A DNA stretch of 64,000 nt, from the NCBI GenBank assembly GCA_964187785.1, contig OZ076409.1:57724001-57788000 (forward strand), in the 5' to 3' direction. A model generated the notes under the pieces. The model had not been told where the DNA came from. It saw nothing but the letters and a program-made list of their open reading frames with translations, and ran no database searches. The translations under genes were made by a program, and so were the position numbers. Source of the stretch: Amphiscolops sp. MND2022 (lineage: Eukaryota). Shown here in pieces: positions 11,932-24,123 of the stretch (its first letter is position 1; the number at the start of each line of letters is the position of its first letter).

Positions 11932-12918
11932 TTTAGAACAAAATATTAAAGTAACCTATTTTCGAATTAAATAATATTCGAATAATATTTACGGTATCCC
12001 TGGTTTGCTGTTTTTGCATATGTTGTCATCTAAAATGACCTACAATGACGGAATTTTTTTCCACTGAGGTTGTAAGTTCTTTTAAATATTGTTCAAGGTG
12101 CCCATTATTGACCAATCACTAAAATATTTGAGCTGCCTAAGTTGAAAAAGGATAATCACATATCAGTAGTTTTATATCTATACCCAATTTTAATACATGT
12201 ACCGAAATTATTTCTATGAAATTATTGTGGACAGTTTGACAGTCAAATCTGCCGAATATGATCTTTCATTGGTAAATTCGCAGGATAAGTACTTACTTTT
12301 CACGCTCTAAATTTTTTTGAAAAATGAGAAAAATGTATGTAAAAATGCTTTGTCTTTTTGCTAGATAGTGTGCAGTATAGGCCCTATATTCAATTAAATT
12401 GGCCCCCTGAGGAATGAAAAAAGTACAGGGAAAACAAAACAGTTTTTGGAAGTTTTTGACATTTTTAGCGTGAAGGAAGTTTGGATCTTTTCTGTTAATC
12501 CCGCGCCAACAGTAAATGTCTCAACATGGTTTCAAGTTACACCCTTTTCAGAAGAGCATTCGAAGTTGATGCTAGGGCCTATGAAGTGACTGGTTTAGCA
12601 GTTCATTAAAGTTGCGTTAAAAAAATGGTGCTTGATATTAATTTTGTGTGTTTAGAAGTACGTACATTGCGTTTAGAATCGGAATTTGAAGCATTTTCTG
12701 TTGTTTTTTGTAGTTCTATTCTGTAATTTTACAGTTGAGCGAAATCTGTTCCTGAATAACGATTTAATGCCAATCAGTGAGAAACCAAAACTCAGCATTA
12801 AATTGGCGAGTCAAAAATTGGGAGACATTGCAGTAGCTTGTAAAATGGGTTGAAATGGTTCTAAATGAAATTAAGTATGAAAATTCTGGCTAAAATTTGC
12901 AACCCCAATAAAAATTTC

Positions 12919-13365
12919 GGACCATGTGTTCAATTCTCTCAAGCGGCCGCAGGGGGAAATAAGACGCAAGGTTCAAATACCATTATGTCGACATAGTTTC
13001 GTCCAATGAAGTCCAAAAAATAATTGATATCGAAGTAATCCTATCCATTACTTTGATTGTCATTTAAAAGTTGCTCATTAGATCTTACCATGAAGAAAAT
13101 TTGCGTTGAAATTGGGGCCAATTTATAAAACTTTAGCTTCTTCAAAGCATGAATTTCTGCTATTTTGGACAATAATATCAAAAAATTAGAGTATTTTTTT
13201 GCCTGAAGTGTCAAAACAGTTGTAGAGACAATCCTCCAAGTATATACATTCATATAATATTCTCTTATTAGTGAAATATTTTTGTTCAAGAACAAAATGT
13301 GCTTTCGTTTTTTAGGAAGGGAATTCGAAACAAGGTGTACTTGGGGGGGATTGAACCCATGGTCC
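12919..13365. mobile_element. Merlin-like MITE (447 bp)
   Basis: GGACCATG...CATGGTCC termini; 8-bp TSD AAAATTTC (12911-12918, 13366-13373). GG termini with an 8-9 bp TSD are typical of Merlin. Confidence 0.8.
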
Positions 13366-15914
13366 AAAATTTCAAGCTAAGTTTTTTCAAGCAGTGGGAT
13401 GTTTTCATATGATTTCAATGTTTTTTGAATGAAATTATGAAAATTTTAAAAATGTTTCTTTACTTACTTGAATGCTAGCTAACCTCCAACTAAAGGGGCG
13501 TCTTTTCGGTAGAGACGCGGAAGAACGTCGAAGTTATCAATCGGGTATATAGAAAGTATTTCGGATAATATTTCAAAAACGCTGCTCAAGTACTTTCTAA
13601 AAGGGGTTATGGAAGTTCTTCTTCAGTTGATGGAATAAATTATCACCAAATGAGATCAAGATTAACGATGGACGAATGAAAGCGCACCTCAAGGGCCATA
13701 ATTAGAAATAAACCACGGAAGTTATCACTTTTAAACCATTTCCGTGTTCCTCTTTCAAAGTCCGCGCGCTCTTCGCTTAATTGGGCGAAAGTAAGTTTGA
13801 CGAGAAAACTTAAGGGGAAAAGTTTTGTGTAGTCTAGGTTAATTAAATTACAAATATGGGGTATAAATAAATATCGAAAGAGGTTATTCTACGCAGTGAT
13901 TTCTCCTGGGTTGTTCTAGATTGTGGAACAGGGAAAATGTGCAAATGCCAAATGGTGGTTGCGTGAATTTTGTCAAATGTTGGAAAGGTTTAAATGCTTG
14001 GATATTAGCCAATCAGGATAGAGACTGAATATAAAAGATAAACATGAAAATTGGAAAAACTTTCAACAGATTGGCTGTTTGAACACCTAATGTTTTGCAT
14101 TGGGGAGGGGTTCGTTGAATGCCAATTGCATCAACTTTTTCAAGTCTTGGCGGCTGGGTCATCAAACGATCTTAAATCAATTTCACACAAGAAAGATATT
14201 TCTTCCAAAGCTTTCGTGTTTAACCTGAAAATAACATTTGACAAATTTCTTTCCAATCCAGGTTTTTTCCTCAAAGAGGACTAATTACAACAAGAAAGAT
14301 TTATTAGCCTTGTACATAATGGTACCCAGTATTTTTAGGATCTTTATTGATAAGCTGGTAACTTCATTTCATTTTTGTAATAACGCTAGTATATGATGGC
14401 TATACCGTACAAATTATCTTCAAGCGCTAAATTATCTAAAGAACGGGATCATCGAATCAAAGTTTGCTTTATAGATTTTCGTTTTCATCTCATTTTCCCC
14501 TATTCATTCTTAGTTTATTGCGACCATAAACATAAAAAATAATGAAGCAAAATATTTTGCGACGGTGTATTATTCCTCAAGTCCGCGCATTAAGACAAAA
14601 TGAACTGCTTGTATTTGCTACAACCCGGATATGTCATATAAAGACTGATTTCCTCTTTCTCTTGCGAAACTGTAAATCCGTAAAAATAAATTGCTTCCTG
14701 AACAAATCTGAGCTCAATTTTCTGTTTCCTTCCATTAGGTGGTTTGAAGCCAACCAGTTAGAAATGGTGCGTAGGCGTCGATGAGTAAAATGGTAATTAA
14801 AATCAAGAACCCGGTTGCCTTTTTTCAAGAAAAAGAAGAACTAGCAAGATGAACTTAACGTCACCCATTCAATGGTGGGCACTGATGGATTTGCGGAGAT
14901 CTTGAATGCATGCTCACAAATTGTGACTGAAATTTCGCGTCTCGAATTTCTAAAGCTTTAAGTGCATCTTGTTTTTGCTTGAACATTTGAAATTGGAAGC
15001 TTAGCCAAGATTCGAGTTCAACTAGTTTTGAACTGTTTGACTTTATTTTATTTAGGGAATTTCAGCTTAGAAGACTTTAACTTACGAGATTTTTTATATG
15101 TAACCATTAATTAATTATAACCACCCCTGCATTGAGAGAAAGACAGCTCGTCAGTCAACCCCGTAGAACCAAGTGTGAACAAGGTAGTCTCGTAGTGTGA
15201 CGTGAAATTTACGTAAGCAAACAACCCCAATTTTTTGTTGATGCTTTCAGCAATCTTTCGAACGCAGGAACACTTTGTTAAAATGCAGGATCTGAATTTC
15301 AAACACTTTGTTTCACTTTCGGCTTTTTTCGGAACAAATTCAGAACATATGATAGTATTGTAACTCTTTTGATTCAGTCTAAACGAATGCCACTCAATAT
15401 TCGAACCGTATTAAGGCTTCAAATATCAGCAGTGCGAGAATATGTCAATTAATGGCAATCATGAACCGCATGATTTGACAACACTTTTTTGGCTTTCTTC
15501 TTAAAAGCATCCGTTTCTTGCTTTATTAGTGTTATTTTTTTGAAGATGAGTGTATTTTAAATTCTGTTCGGCTTGGACGGATATGGCGTGACTAACCATT
15601 AGACCACGGCTGCAAAGAACTCCATGCTTGAATACATTTTTTCAGGGTAGCAAGTCATTCGAAAAAAGTTTGTTCAGTTTGGTTTAGCAAACAACTTCAA
15701 AGTCCATGGAATAACAGTCGTTAACAGTGAGTTGAGACGTGTTTTCTTCACCTTTGCTATGGCAATTGTTTCAATTCGGGTCTCAATCTACTTGGAGCTA
15801 AAAAAACTGCAGAAAAATGAATTTCACATGCGGCTGTTGAAATATATGGAACGAGATTGACATTATCTCGATACCGATATTCTGTAAGCTGTCAGTACCG
15901 TCTCACCATTTCCT

Positions 15915-17070
15915 CCCGGGTTGACCCTCTTACTAGCATCTTGGCTGTCTTGGCAAGATCTTACCAAATTCTTACTACATCTTGGCGACCATGGAACCCA
16001 TGGCAAGATTCTTAGTAAGATCTTACTAAGATAATGCATTATTCCAAGATCGTATCTTGTCACGATGGACAAATTCTAAGATTGTGAAAAACACTATACC
16101 TTCGGTACAAGCAGCCGAGACTCAATCTAAAGAACAACGACCATTTCTACTCGTTTTCATAATCAAAATTTATTCAACCTGCTGAAATAAATTTGCATGC
16201 AAAAATGTGCGAAACATTACGATAACGTATTCTGGCTTCCGAAATTCTGCCGAGAATCCTAATAACTCCTCACCTGTTTAAGTCTGAGAAATGCGAATGT
16301 ACCAAACGAACGCTCATTTCAAGGACTTTTGAAAACTTATCACTCTTGTCGATTCCAGAGACGGAGAAAAATGGTCTTAAACGTCCAAAGCCACTATCGG
16401 AAAATTACTCGAGAAATGCGAATGTACCAAACGAACGCTCATTTCAAGGACTTTTGAAAACTTATGACTCTTGTCGATTCCAGAGACGGAGAAAAATGGT
16501 CTTAAACGTCCAAAGCCACTATCGGAAAATTACTCAAGAAACACTAAGAAATCCGGAATTTTTCTGTAAATTTCTGTAAATTCATATCTCCGTCTTTCTT
16601 TGAGCCTGTTTCAGCAGTCGTATTACTGCTGGAAATGGTGGTCAATGTCCCGGATTGGGCAATGAGTGAGCTCGAGGCTTTTCTGACGCCATTGTTGATT
16701 TGTCTCACCATTTCCTCCCGGTAAACAAAGAAGGTTTTGCAATTGATAGAACAACAAAAAAATCATCCCTAAATAAACATCATAAGGATTTCAATCAAGG
16801 TTTATTCCTTGCTAACAAAATTTTAATGTCTAACAATAGAAATCTGCAAAAATGTTGAATTTTTCTGACTTCCTTTCGGATTTTTTTAATGGCCAAATAG
16901 GATTTTGCAATAAAGTTTTTCTTGGGAACATGGCTCTCTTGATAAGATCTTACCATGACATCTTGCAATTCTTGGCAATATATTGGCAAGATCTTAGCTA
17001 AGATCGTTCCAAGATCTTGGCAAGATTTTTCCAAGATCTTACTAAGATATCCATGGAGGGTCGACCCGGG
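15915..17070. mobile_element. CMC/EnSpm-like non-autonomous element, copy 1
   Basis: TIRs CCCGGGTTGACCCTC / GAGGGTCGACCCGGG; 2-bp TSD CT; subterminal AAGATCTT repeats; internal 125-bp tandem duplication (16286-16410, 16411-16535). Confidence 0.8.
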
Positions 17071-17229
17071 CTATGTACTGGACCACCTCGTCTCATTTCG
17101 CAATATTGGTTTGAGAGTTGTTCATTTCTTCAAATTTGCTGCGTTTTTCAATAGGTGATTTTTTTTCAAAAGAATGATCAAGCTCAGGAAAATGTTTTTT
17201 TTTGTGCTGCGCAGCTTAGGCGGCGAGAT

Positions 17230-17616
17230 TCACAACCAATCATCGGAAAACCAAAGAAGCAAGGTAGCACACGGTCTTTTTCGATTCTAGATACAATGCA
17301 TAATATCCGAGATAATGTGTGGATTCCTCCGACCAGACGTCTATGACGATGGCAAGTTAACTTTATTTGGCAAGGGAAGTTTAGTTTCGGTCTCTATAGC
17401 ACTGGAGCGGTTTATCCATTTTTTTGTGAGTGGTTGTCGTGTAATTTTCACTAGACAATTGTACTTTCGAGCGAATTCCTCGGTTTTGGGGGCACGAAGA
17501 ATTTTTCGTTTTTCATCTGATTCTTCTAGATACTTGGGTTGCCAGCGTCTGATGTGGTTTTTCAAAATTGTTTTCTTGACTCCTTTTTCCGCTTTCTTGT
17601 TTCGCCCCATATACAT
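17230..17616 (-). pseudogene. Degraded hAT-like transposase remnant
   Basis: TILKNHIRR resembles the end of a BED finger; after a frameshift, LAIVIDVWSEESTHYLGYYALY resembles the hAT TTDxWT...YLGxTAHY catalytic block. Confidence 0.4.
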
Positions 17617-18759
17617 TTGCGTTCAGCCCCAATAATTCGCGTAAAGTAATTCGCGTAAACCTACACGTGTAATTTCAGCGTCAGCAGCAATCGTTTTGAC
17701 GGCAGTGTGTATTAACGTGTTTCGCAATGACAGCAACTGACTCTAGTTTTGACTATCAATCCATTTGGTTTGTTGAACACTAGATGGCAATTCACGTCTT
17801 TATGAAACAACTTTTCATTAGTTCAATGAGAGACGAGATCCCGAAATTTTATCTAATTTTAATAGTTGGAGAAAACTCAATTCTATTCAAATCAAAACAA
17901 ATTCTGAATATTGGTATCATTGGTTTCAGAAGATCCATAGGTTTCGCTTGAGCACAAATCTCATTAGCGAAATTTCAATTACCCAATTAAAAGTCTAAGT
18001 AGCTTCAATTTTGAATTAATTGAACTTTTACTTATACAAAATTTAGATTGCAAGAAGAGCATTTTCCAAGAATCTAACTTCATCAGACAAAAGAATTTTC
18101 GGTGAGTAAGTTCGGCATTTTTAACGTGTACTGTACCCGCCTATGCAAAGCTCTCCAGTAGCTCAACTTATTCGACTCTCTTGAAATGAGAGAGTTAAAG
18201 TATTAATGGAATTACTTTTAATAAAAGAAACTGAAAAATCTGGCTCTATAACAATGATCACTGATTAACAATTATTCGCGATTCAGTCAGCCAACTAAGT
18301 TGAAGCGCAACAAGTTCCCGATTTGTAGAAACTCAATCCCTAGCTCCCGGCGCTAGCGACGAACGAGTTTTTTCCGCTCAGCCAAGTGTCTTGCTGCCCC
18401 GTCTCGAAGCTCAACTTGCTTGTAGCTCTCTAACCTGGTTGTGTTTTTTTGTAGTATAATCTAGTTCCGCCTCAATTATGTCTTTTTTATTCGCAAGTGT
18501 TTCTAGTGATCTCATTGTCACAGTCTATCTACTTAATGTTTGGCTTACTGGGTGTCGGCATCTGAAGGTTGCATGCCTTTACCTTCACGTTTATATATCT
18601 ATTTTTGGCATAGTGAGAGCGTCTAAATAAAGTTCTACTAAACACTTGTTGCCGCCAATGACAAGTAATTCGACAACTTGCCCGAAATTCGCATTCCATG
18701 TGGGCTTAAATCTCTCGGAATTGTTTAATGTTGAGACAATTGACCATGACTTTCAAATA

Positions 18760-18937
18760 CAGTAAACCCTCAATTATCCACCACCATTGGTCCAGCGCGA
18801 ATAATGGCGGATAAGTGAGAGTGGCGGTTAATCAAGAGAGCTTAGACGCGGATGTTATACCGAAATGTCCCGGTAGATTTGTGGCGGATGACCAAAGTTG
18901 GCGGATAATCGAGTGGCGGATAATCGAGGGTTTACTA
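18760..18937. mobile_element. pogo/Tigger-like MITE (178 bp)
   Basis: TA-CAGTAAACCCTCAATTATCCACCA...TGGCGGATAATCGAGGGTTTACTA-TA; internal GGCGGATAA repeats. Confidence 0.85.
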
Positions 18938-19496
18938 TACACGGTTTACATGCTTCCTACGCGTGGGAGGTAGTTCTCCGTCATTATTAGTGGAGTTCTA
19001 CGGGAGTCCTCTCGCCTAATTAAAATGCATAAATTATCACGCATATAACGCAGATTTACAGGTACTAATGTACTTTTTTTCCCAGAAATTCAGTTCTTTG
19101 GAGTTCGTTTTTCAGGGTCTACAGAAGATGCGAGGTAGGTTGTTCCGAGTGCAAGGTTGAGTTACCACCTCTAGTACATACATGCCAAATTTCAGCGCGA
19201 TCGGAAACGTGTTTCTAAAAAACGGAGGGTTTTGTTTTTTTGACGTGTCTCTAACTTTCGTACAAAGATGAAATTTAGTGAAATTTGTTCTCAGAAAATG
19301 ATTCTGAGCTCAGAGTTTCAAACAATTTGGTCGCTGACGTCAATTCATAAAGTTTATTCAAGAGTCGTCTACAACGAAAACACCAAACAAACCTTGTCAA
19401 AGCGCATTATAATCAGTTTTCATGAAAAGGCAAAAATCAGGAAATTCCAACTTTCGGTAGATTCTACAATTACTCTGTCAAGGAAAGTTTTCAAAC

Positions 19497-20028
19497 AAAC
19501 AAGCCGAGAACGGTCAAAGTCGGCAATAAATCTAAGGCTCAAAATTGTAAAAGGGGCTTTGTGAAACTCCATTTGGTTGCAAAATTTGGAAAAAAATTAA
19601 AGGTGAGCCTTGGCAGATTTTGAAAAAGTTCCGAAAAAAAATGAATGAGATTTTCTGAACAGTGTCACAGTGCCGAAAAACGTAAAAGGGGATCCTTTGT
19701 ATTTTTTTGACATCCATTGTGTTGGAAAATATCGAAACAAACGAAGGGGAGACCCTTTGGGGGAATCCAAAATCTTCCAAAAAAGTCGCAGAGTGCCGAA
19801 AAAAATTAGAGTGAAAAACATCAAGGGGGACCTGTGTTTTCGAGGTTCTGGACGTCGATTTTTTTGTTTGGGACGAGTTTCTGGCGTTTCGATTATGTTT
19901 TGGACGTCCGTAGTTCAAGTTGATGATGTTGAACAAATGAACGAAAAAGTGGACCGATCTCGTTGAACTGACGAAAAAAACTAGCCACTGAAAGAGTCGG
20001 GATTTTCTTCGAAAACGCCGACTAAAAA
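19497..20028 (-). mobile_element. HINE-like element, copy B
   Basis: Reverse complement of copy A, with both termini and the AAGGGTCCCC / TTTCGGCAC core repeats. Confidence 0.8.
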
Positions 20029-20787
20029 CACATGAAACTAACATCCAATTCTAAGAACAGTTTCGCTCAAACAAAATTGCCATCTTGCTATAAGAGATAT
20101 TGGGCGTCAAAGTAGGCATTTTTATGCAGCTAACCCTGGTAGTTTTCAAAAGTTTCGTCCCATCAAAATTACCATGCAGGAGCAGACTTAAGTGGAATAT
20201 TTTCTCAGTAGTTATATGTTGAACATTTTTTGTTTCAATATTATAGTCACATTATATGAATGCAGTTAGAATTTCTTGAAAAGTTATAAGAAATGAAAAA
20301 TTTTCTAAACGTTCCAGCCTAGAAAGGTTGTGCTAGAACGTTTGAAAAAACTTACATTTCTGTATCCTCAGCTTTTTTCAGCTGATGTAACGCGAGATAA
20401 TTCCTTAGGAAATAACAATTAAATATGATTTTCAAATTGTCAAAGTGCATCACTCCCAGATGAACTTCGTTTCATCCAGTTTGAAATATTTGGATCTCGG
20501 ATCATGATTCATGGCCACGATTGACTAATTTTTAAAATCATTTCTGGCTCTCAATTGCGCTTCTCATTTGGGTACTTCAGTCAGAAATTTTCAAAACAAC
20601 GTCATTTATTGGCAAAAACCCAGAATTATACCTTTCGACCGGAAATTTTGACAGAAAATCTGTTTTCGAGTCAAAAATCTTACCTTTGTTTTATTCACCA
20701 GCTGTATTTAACCAGTTTTGTACACCTTACGGTTCAGAATGTCAAGAAAAAAAATCTGAGAAATCATAGGAAAAACATCTCAATCAA

Positions 20788-20990
20788 GTGATATTAGATT
20801 ATGTTCCAGTGGTTTTGGATGCTATTGCAGTGATTTTTAGATATCCTTAGTGATATTTAGATGTTATTACAGTGGTTTCAGATGCTTCATTGTGGTGTTT
20901 AGATGTTATTTCAGTAGTTTTGGATCTTATTCTAGTGCTTTTAACATGGTTTATTTGGTTTCAGATCATTTTCTGGTGGTTGTAAAGATT
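20788..20990 (+). repeat. Degenerate ~21-22-bp minisatellite (CAGTGGTTTTAGATGTTATT-like)
   Basis: About nine diverged units visible. Confidence 0.7.
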
Positions 20991-21077
20991 ATCTCTTTCC
21001 AGTAATTGTACAGATTTGATCGAATTTTATATTGTTGTTCAACTTGGCATTCATATTTTTCTATTTTTTTCTGATGC

Positions 21078-22030
21078 TTTTTTTAGTCGGCGCTTTTCTA
21101 GTGAAAAGAGCCCAACTATTACAGTGGCTAGTTTTTAGTCGGCGCATTTTCCTTTAAGGAAAAAAGCCCGACTATTACAGTGGCTAGTTTTTTTTCTTTT
21201 TTTTTTCGTCAGACCACAGAGCTCATCGCGTATGTACCACTTTTTACAGAAACTGATAAGTTCACTCAGGCCAAGTTCGACCAAGGCAAACTTACTGCAA
21301 AGGGTCCCCCTTTCGTTTTTTACCTTTTTAACGTAACCTACAAAACCGGAAGACTCCAAAGGGTCCCCCTTTCAATTTTTTTCAGCACTGTGCGAATTTT
21401 TTTTTCGAAAATTTTTAATTTTTCAAGAGTCTCCCCTTCGGATTTTTTGATATTTTGCGACAGAAAGTATGTTAATGAATCCCAAAGGGTCCTCCCTTTT
21501 CATGTTTTGGCACTATGCGACGTTTTCGAAGTTTTTTTTCAAAAAAAAATTTTCAAAAAAAATTTTTTCAAAAAAATTTTCAATTTTTTTTTTGTTTCCA
21601 GTCGGGAAAAGTGATTTTCCAGTCATATCGAGCATGGAAGGCACACTTTGGGTGTCTCGAAAGTGTTTTCAAAGCTTTTCATGAATACATCCTGGGCATA
21701 TTTAGAAAACTCTGAGCTTTTTGAGCCTTAGATATAGCGCCGACTTTAGACGTTCCCGTCTTGTTTTTCTTTTTTTTTCGTCAGACCACAGACCTCATCG
21801 TGTATGTACCACTTTCAAGTACACCGCCTTTAATCGATTTACGGTGAACCCAGCGGTCACGGGTTCGGGACCTTGCTTTAGCCAGAAACTTTTTCGAGCA
21901 TTTGCAAAGGCGGACGAGACTGAAGGGTCCCCTTTTTCATTTTTTTTCGGCACTGTGCGACATTTTTGAATTTTTTAGTCTCCAAAGGGTCCCTCCTTCA
22001 TTTTTTTGAAGGGTCCCTCCCGTCTTGTTT
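21078..22030 (+). mobile_element. Nested HINE pair (inner copy ~21132-21766 inside an outer copy)
   Basis: The 5' module appears twice (21078, 21132); the outer copy resumes at TTTCGTCAGACCACAGA after the inner 3' end CGTCTTGTT. Confidence 0.8.
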
Positions 22031-22367
22031 AGCTATCACGCAGTTCTTGGCAGGTTTTTTTACCCATCTTGGGCTTCCTAATATTTTTTTTTGGAAACAT
22101 TTCTGTTTTGATAAGATTTTGCCAAGGCAACATGTGTACCATGGTAAGATCTTTTGAAGATTTAATTCAAGACTTTCAAGATATCCAAGTAAAAGGTTCA
22201 AGGAATCTTAACTCATTAGAAACAACGTTTTACGAGTACGCACGTGGTAGTGTCTAGCTAATTAGTGTCCGAAAGAGTCCCTCGATGAATTGTTAAAATT
22301 TTATACATGCATTTATTAAAGCAATTCATATTGAAGTTTTCAGGAATCGCGATCACCATTGTTTGAA

Positions 22368-22725
22368 AGGGTTATATGACCTTTCGTCCTATGCACTTTC
22401 AACCCATGGTATTTCAACCGTTGCCATTTCAACCGCTCACAATTTCAACCTATTCCATTTTCAACCGTCCGCAATTTCGACCTAAACTAATTTTGGCTAT
22501 TCAATTTCAATTCGGTTGAGCTATTATTTCAGTGCAATAATTATTAATGAATAAAAACGCATCAAAACTGCCGTAAGAATTAGCACATTTGAATTTAGAA
22601 GTGTATGAAAGTGAAATCCACCAAAATAATTATGTAACTAATTAGGATCAATTAGCCAACATTGGTTTAGGTCGAAATTGCTGACGGTTGAAAATGCAAA
22701 AGGTTGAAATTGTGAGCGGTTAAAC
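22368..22725. mobile_element. Foldback MITE with ~15-bp TTTCAACC tandem units, right arm truncated
   Basis: Left arm TTTCAACC units...CAATTTCGACCTAAAC; right arm GTTTAGGTCGAAATTG...GGTTGAAA. Confidence 0.75.
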
Positions 22726-22767
22726 ATTTCACCCATCGAACACAAAAAGAAATGGTTGAAAAAATAC

Positions 22768-22966
22768 TTTTGCGGAGCTCGATCCTCTTGTTCGAGCTTC
22801 AGTCGCGAGCCCCTCTTTCTCTAGACCAAGTGGCATATTGGCTGCTATTTCCGTGTCTGTCGCATTTGTGTCTATCTTGACAAAGAAGAGAAGTGAGCTG
22901 AATGGTCTGGCAACTTTAGTCTTTTTGGAAAGCGCCGAAAATCCGAAAAACAGCAAATTCACGCTT
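22768..22966 (-). CDS. Candidate exon of the minus-strand host gene
   Basis: aattatAG acceptor (weak) and AAA|GTattt donor; 199 nt, open, phase 2 to 0; contains an NAT sequon. Confidence 0.35.
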
Positions 22967-23045
22967 CTATAATTACTCGTTGTATAAATTTGATGCGCCT
23001 ATGTCAACCACCTCTAAAACAAGTAATGTTAAGCAGAAACAACCA

Positions 23046-24123
23046 AGAAGCCAACAGTCAGCCATGATGGCATACGACAAATCAATCCGCCTCAAACCTG
23101 AGAACCCCAGAAGGCAAACAGCAGATGCACAGCAGCGTATGCGAACAATGAAACCCGACTGGAGAGAAAACAGCAGGAGAAGGAGAAGATGGACACAGCT
23201 GTTTGACGGAATGGAACCCAGCTACTTTCCCCGCGAGACGGACCCACGTGTGTGTATAAGTAGCTGCGAGTTCTTCTACACACCAGTCAGGAAAACAGAT
23301 ACGGAAGAAACGCAGAGACGTGCGGAAGAGAAAACGACAAAAGAGACCAGAGATGTTGATGTCACTTTCTTCACAGACGGCTCGGCCGAAGAAGGAACCA
23401 GAAGTGGTGGAGCAGGAGTAGTTGTGATAGATGGAAGCGACACCGTCCTGGAGCTCAGTGAACCTGCTGGACAACTTACCTCCTTTTTCCACGCTGAAAT
23501 GACCGCAATTGGGACGGCAGTGAGACAGGCTATCGAAAAGTATGACAAGAAACGGATCAGAGAAGTCACAGACTCAAGATCATCACTTGATATGATCAAA
23601 AGCCTCACCACCAACCTCGACGCCAAGTCTGCTCTGGAGAAAGAAATATTAGACGGAATCACACAATTCGAAAGAAGAATCCGGTGGGTCTGGTGTCCCA
23701 GTCACTGCGGCATCGAAGGAAACGAGAAAGCTGACCGCTGTGCTGCTACGGGATGTTCCCTAGAACAGAAGCCAACACCCCTAAACTTCGACACTGCCAA
23801 GGCGCAAATAAGAAAAAGCTACAAAGACGACAGCAAACACGAATTGTGCAAGAAAGTGAACATCAGCAGACTGAGGAGCGGACACCACCCCGAACTGAGG
23901 TACTGGCGGGAAAAGATCGATGAGATTGGAGACGACACTTGCCGGCTGTGTGGAACAGATAGTGAAACAGCCGAGCACGTCCTCATCAAATACACAGGAA
24001 TACGTGATACCGTTCCGCAGGAATGGGATCTGCCGAACCTCGTCTCCGACCCCAAAAGCCCTAGAAATCTGGGAAATTTGGAGGGGTAGAGTAGGCGCGC
24101 AAGCCTAAAAACAAAACAAAACA
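23046..24123 (+). mobile_element. 5'-truncated non-LTR retrotransposon (RNase H-bearing, I/Ingi-like)
   Basis: RNase H motifs FFTDGS, HAEMTAI, TDSRSSL, WCPSHCGIEGNEKAD; C-terminal RLRSGH...CRLC...EHVL; (AAAAC)n tail; 15-bp TSD AAGCAGAAACAACCA (23031-23045, 24124-24138); frameshift near 24050. Confidence 0.92.

Noticed and set aside
13484..15291. Additional host exons near 13484-13597 and 15126-15291
   Set aside because: Open frames with plausible splice sites, but the donors are ambiguous and the phases do not chain to neighbouring exons.
18324..18662. Solo LTR
   Set aside because: TG start, AATAAA and CA end are present, but there is no matching TSD and no second copy.
19532..21715. F/K-rich ORFs of 60-170 aa as genes
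   Set aside because: They are chance translations of HINE repeats and homopolymer runs.
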